From Macrostomum lignano (lineage: Eukaryota), in assembly GCA_002269645.1 (NCBI GenBank), contig NIVC01000036.1, forward strand, positions 372,001-436,000: DNA of 64,000 nucleotides, in the 5' to 3' direction. The notes under the pieces are model-generated. The model was given only the letters and a program-made list of their open reading frames with translations, did not search any database and had not been told where the DNA came from. Below, piece after piece: positions 59,326-64,000 of this stretch. Positions within the stretch are counted from its first letter, which is position 1. Each line of letters opens with the position of its first letter. The translations under genes were made by a program, and so were the position numbers.

Positions 59326-59634
59326 ATTATTTGTAGTGAGTTTTTTTAGTCTAAGTGTAGCATGAATTCAAGTATATCCGTAATAAGTTCGCGCACTACT
59401 ACTTGCAGTCTGCATTTCTGCGTCTTTGATGACAAATTTTCTTTGCTTATCAATTTTTAAAAAATCCAATTTCACAATATAGGTCCTTATGTTTTTAGAA
59501 TACTACTTAGTAAAGCAACTATAAGTAGAAATTAAGGGCTTTGCATGCGTTTTTAGACTAAAAGAGAAAATATTTTTGTCAGTTTTTATAGAATCGTAAA
59601 TATTACAGAAGAATGGTTTGGACGGAGTGGGCTA

Positions 59635-60435
59635 TGGATTGGTGTGGGTTGGTTAGGGTGGATTGTTGATTGGTGTGGGTTGGTTAGGGTGGATTGTTGA
59701 TTGGTGTGGGTTGGTTAGGGTGGATTGTAGATTGGTGTGGGTTGGTCAGAGTGGATTGTAGATTGGTGTGGGTTGGTCAGGATGGACTGTGGATTGGTGT
59801 GGATTAGTCAGGATGGACTGTGGATTGGTGTGGATTGGTCAGGGTGGACTGTGGATTAGTGTGGGTTGGTCAGAGTTGATTGTGGATTGGTGTGGGTTGG
59901 TCAGAGTGGATTGTGGATTGGTGTGGGTTGGTAAGAGTGGACTGTGGATTGACTTGGATTGGTCAGAGTGGATTGTGGATTGGTGTGGGTTGGTCAGAGT
60001 GGATTGTAGATTGGTGTGGGTTGGTCAGAGTGGATTGTGGATTGGTGTGGGTTGGTCAGAGTGGATTGTGGATTGGTGTGGGTTGGTCAGAGTGGATTGT
60101 GGATTGGTGTGGGTATGTCAGAGTGGATTGTAGATTGGTGTGGGTTGGTCAGAGTGGATTGTAGATTGGTGTGGGTTGGTCAGAGTGGATTGTAGATTGG
60201 TGTGGGTTGGTCAGAGTTGATTGTGGATTGGTGTGGGTTGGTCAGAGTGGATTGTGGATTGGTGTGGGTTGGTCAGAGTGGATTGTGGATTGGTGTGGGT
60301 ATGTCAGAGTGGATTGTAGATTGGTGTGGGTTGGTCAGAGTGGATTGTAGATTGGTGTGGGTTGGTCAGAGTGGATTTTAGATTGGTGTGGGTTGGTCAG
60401 AGTGGATTGTAGATTGGTGTGGGTTGGTCAGAGTG
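59635..60435. repeat. 31-bp GT-rich minisatellite (GGTGTGGGTTGGTCAGAGTGGATTGTGGATT)
   Basis: About 25 copies, intergenic. Confidence 0.95.
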
Positions 60436-60921
60436 CATCATAGTGGGGTCAGAAGCATTGAAGCTGAGACAATTCAACAGCCGTCGACAATGCAACGGTT
60501 GAACTTTTGCAATAATTCCGTTGAAATTCATGCTTCTATTCATAATTCATGCATAGGGAAAGGCAATGTTGAGCTGCGAATTTGCTATGTTAACTTTCTA
60601 AAAATATGCACCAAGCATTATGAGTCCGGCACTATGTTTATTGCCAAACAGAAAGGGAGACGGAGAGAAAGGCTTTGGCACTCGTCAGATTGCCCTGCCA
60701 ACAACAGCCTCCTCAGCTGCCCGCCTTCATCTCTGCTTTCCATAATCTACACACGCGCGCGCGGCACCTCTGCCCCCTGCCTCATCAGAGACTTCCCTAT
60801 TGGATCTCGTGGGATCTCCTCTCTAGGTCCTGCCCGGGGCAGCAACGGTGTTCACCCTTCACCGGATGGCGGAGGCTGGGGGCGAGACCCAGAGCCCATT
60901 CAAGCGATTGGGGCAGCAGGT

Positions 60922-60928
60922 TATAAAA
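60922..60928 (+). promoter_or_regulatory. Possible TATA box (TATAAAA)
   Basis: About 175 bp upstream of the putative ATG at 61100, after a GC-rich patch. Confidence 0.3.
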
Positions 60929-61099
60929 ATAGATCTTTTTTTCTAGCAGGACCGAGAAGCCACAGCCAAGCCTTCCTAGCAGCTTTCGTAGAAGCTTGAA
61001 GCCTAAAAGCGTAGCAGGACAAAAACTGGCAATGAATTGACTATAAAGTTACAAATAATATCCATTGCTGACTTATCAATAAGAACACCTGAAGCGGAA

Positions 61100-63957
61100 A
61101 TGTTCTCCACTTTTTCTGGTGGCCGACGCTATCCGGGCTCAATTTCGCACCGGCACAAGCACGTGACCTTCGGCAAAGTTGCCATCGGGGTTGCCAAGGG
61201 CACCGCCATGATTGGTGAGTGAGGGGGGGGCATTGTTGTTGACTGGCTTGGAAATCTCTGCGACTCTCATCTCTCTCTCATCTGTCGGAACCTCATCTCA
61301 TCTCTGCCTCTCTATATCTCTTGCTCTCTCTGAATCTCATCTTTCCATCTCTCAAATAATCCCAGATCTCAATCCCAGAATCTCATGTCTCACTCCCAGA
61401 TCTCATCTCTCCTCTATCTCAGAATTTCATCTCTCAGAATCCATTCTCAGAGTCTCATCTTTCCTTTCTCAGAATTTCACATCGACCTTCTCAGAATCTT
61501 ATTTCTCCCTACTCAGAATCTCATCTCTCCCTACTCAGAATCTCATCTCTCCCTTCTCAGAATCTCATATATACCTTTTTAGCATCTCATCTCTCCCTAA
61601 TCAGAATCTCATCTCTCCCTTCACAGAATTTCATATCTACCTTTTCCGAATCTTATCTCTCTCTTCTCAGAATCTCATCTCTCCCTTCTCAGAATCTCAT
61701 ATATACCTTTTTAGCATCTCATCTCTCCCTAATCAGAATCTCATATATACCTTTTTAGCATCTCATCTCTCCCTAATCAGAATCTCATCTCTCCCTTCAC
61801 AGAATTTCATATCTACCTTTTCCGAATCTTATCTCTCTCTTCTCAGAATCTCATCTCTCCCTTCTCAGAATCTCATATATACCTTTTTAGCATCTCATCT
61901 CTCCCTAATCAGAATCTCATCTCTCCCTTCACAGAATTTCATATCTACCTTTTCCGAATCTTATCTCTCTCTTCTCAGAATCTCATCTCTCCCTTCTCAG
62001 AATCTCATATATACCTTTTTAGCATCTCATCTCTCCCTAATCAGAATCTCATCTCTCCCTTCATAGAATTTCATATCTACCTTTTCCGAATCTTATCTCT
62101 CTCTTCTCAGAATCTCATCTCTCCCTTCTCAGAATCTCATATATACCTTTTTAGCATCTCATCTCTCCCTAATCAGAATCTCATCTCTCCCTTCACAGAA
62201 TTTCAAATCTACCTTTTCCGAATCTTATCTCTCTCTTCTCGGAATCTCATATCTACCTTCTCAGTATTTCATTTCTCTCTTGTCAGAATCTCAATCTCTC
62301 CCTTGTCAGAATTTATCTCTCATTTATCTCAGAATTTCATCTCTCCCTTGTTGGAATCTGATCTCTCCTCTATCTCAGAATCTCATGTCTCACTCCCAAA
62401 TCTCATCTCTCCTCTATCTTGGAATCTCATCTCTCCCTACTCAGAATCTCATTTCTCCCTTGTCAGAATCTCCTCTCTCCTATTCTCTTCCTAATTTATC
62501 TAATAATTCGGTCAAACCAGTGTTACAAAAATCTCAATAAACCCCCCAAACACCAAAATTGCCGCCTGCAGTGATCGGTGTGCCAGTGTGCACCATAGCC
62601 GCGGGCATTGGAGCCACCGCCATAGTGGCCTACGGCCTCGCCAGCCCGTTCTATTACGGCGGCAAGAAATTAGTGAAGAAAATTAGACGTCAAGTGCGAA
62701 AAAAAGAAGAGCTGGAGTGCACGGACCGGCTGACGAGAGAGGACATCCTGGTCTGGCTGGAGAACTGCGAGGGAGAGCCGGGTGAGTCCGTTGTTGCCGG
62801 GTGAAATGGATTTAGGTGAATAGATTAAAGTGAATGGATTAGGGTGAATAGATTTGGGTGAATAGATTAGGGAAAATAGATTAGTGTGAATAAATTAGGG
62901 TGAATAGATTAGGGTGAATAGATTAGTGTGAATAAATTAGGGTGAATAGATTAGGGTGAATAGATTTGGGTGAATATATTAGGGAAAATAGATTAGTGTG
63001 AATAAATTAGGGTGAATAGATTAGGGTGAATAGATTAGTGTGAATAAATTAGGGTGAATAGATTAGGGTGAATAGATTTGGGTGAATAGATTAGGGAAAA
63101 TAGATTAGTGTGAATATATTAGGGTGAATAGATTAGAGTGAATAGATTAGGGTGACTAGAATAGGGTTAATAGATGAGGGTGAATGGATTAGGGTTAATA
63201 GATTTTGGTGACTAGATTAGGGTTAATAGATGAGGGTGAATGGATTAGGGTTAATAGATTTTGGTGACTAGATTAGGGTTAATAGATGAGGGTGAATGGA
63301 TTAGGGTGAATAGATTAGGGTGACTAGATTAGGGTTAATAGATGAGGGTGAATGGATTAGGGTTAATAGATTTTGGTGACTAGATTAGGGTTAATAGATG
63401 AGGGTGAATGGATTAGGGTTAATAGATTTTGGTGGATAGATTAGGGTTAATAGATTAGGGTTAATAGATTAGGGTGAATAGATTAGGGTGAATAGATTAG
63501 GGTGAATAGATTAGGGTTAATAGATTAGGGTTAATAGATTAGGGTTAATAGATTAGGGTTAATAGATTAGGGTGAATAGATTAGGGTGAATAGAATTAGG
63601 TGAATAGATGAGGGTGAATGGATTAGGGTTAATAGATTAGGGTGAATTGATTAGGGTGAATAGATTAGGGTGAATAGATTAGGGTTAATAGATTAGGGTT
63701 AATAGATTAGGGTTAATAGATTAGGGTGAATAGAATTAGGTGAATAGATTAGAGTGGATAGATTTGGAAGAATGGATTTGGTTTTGCCCTCAATTGACCT
63801 CATGAATTAAAACACGTGATGCGAGACACAAAGAGAGCGATCGTGCGTGAACGCTGGCAAGAAATTGTATCCGGATCCGATATTTACAATTCCAGCTTCC
63901 ATTTCAAAGACTGCTGCACCAGTTAGTCATAGGTTAGTGATAGAACTGTATCATTAG
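61100..63957 (+). CDS. Small uncharacterised membrane protein (last exon tentative)
   Basis: Exons 61100-61214, 62572-62781, tentative 63896-63957; phases consistent; Gly/Ala-rich hydrophobic segment VAIGVAKGTAMIVIGVPVCTIAAGIGATAIVAYGLASPFYYG followed by a basic stretch. Confidence 0.5.
61265..62495. repeat. ~22-bp pyrimidine-rich minisatellite with a 132-bp higher-order unit
   Basis: Monomer CTCAGAATCTCATCTCTCCCTT; anchor AATCTCATATAT at 61737, 61869, 62001, 62133. Confidence 0.93.
62808..63775. repeat. 14-bp minisatellite containing TTAGGG (TTAGGGTGAATAGA / TTAGGGTTAATAGA)
   Basis: About 68 copies following the donor at 62782. Confidence 0.96.
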
Positions 63958-64000
63958 CAGTCAAAAAGTCATCTGCATCCTCTTTTCGTACATCTTTCTG

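Noticed and set aside
60388-60999. 203-aa ORF upstream of the last gene
   Set aside because: Begins inside a repeat array with an alternative start, has no domain or splice support, and is more likely promoter or UTR.

Overview
Animal genomic DNA (GT-AG introns, standard code), gene-dense but about 40% tandem repeat by my rough count (about 33 arrays, roughly 25-26 kb). This architecture suggests a repeat-rich invertebrate such as a Macrostomum-like flatworm, but that is inference only. I reconstructed 11 genes by hand from splice sites and reading-frame phase. Recognised: ADISSP/C20orf27-like (-), TMEM67/meckelin (+, 12 exons), an M6PR/ATG27-like receptor (+), a divergent HYOU1/GRP170 (-, 14 exons), TFIIS/TCEA (+) and a GIMAP/AIG1 GTPase (-). 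Partly recognised: a GT-A glycosyltransferase resembling bacterial/giant-virus/CAP59-like enzymes (-) and a SUMO-like-domain protein (-). Three orphans complete the set. Mobile DNA: two tRNA-headed SINE families (4 and 3 copies, several with target-site duplications), a young 698-bp hAT-type fold-back element and older inverted-repeat elements. The most striking pattern is that introns are either about 75-120 nt, or are enlarged by a SINE/MITE or by one private minisatellite that fills nearly the whole intron. Most long ORFs in the supplied track are repeat artefacts. No CRISPR, rRNA or true tRNA was found. All family assignments come from recalled motifs; no database search was run.
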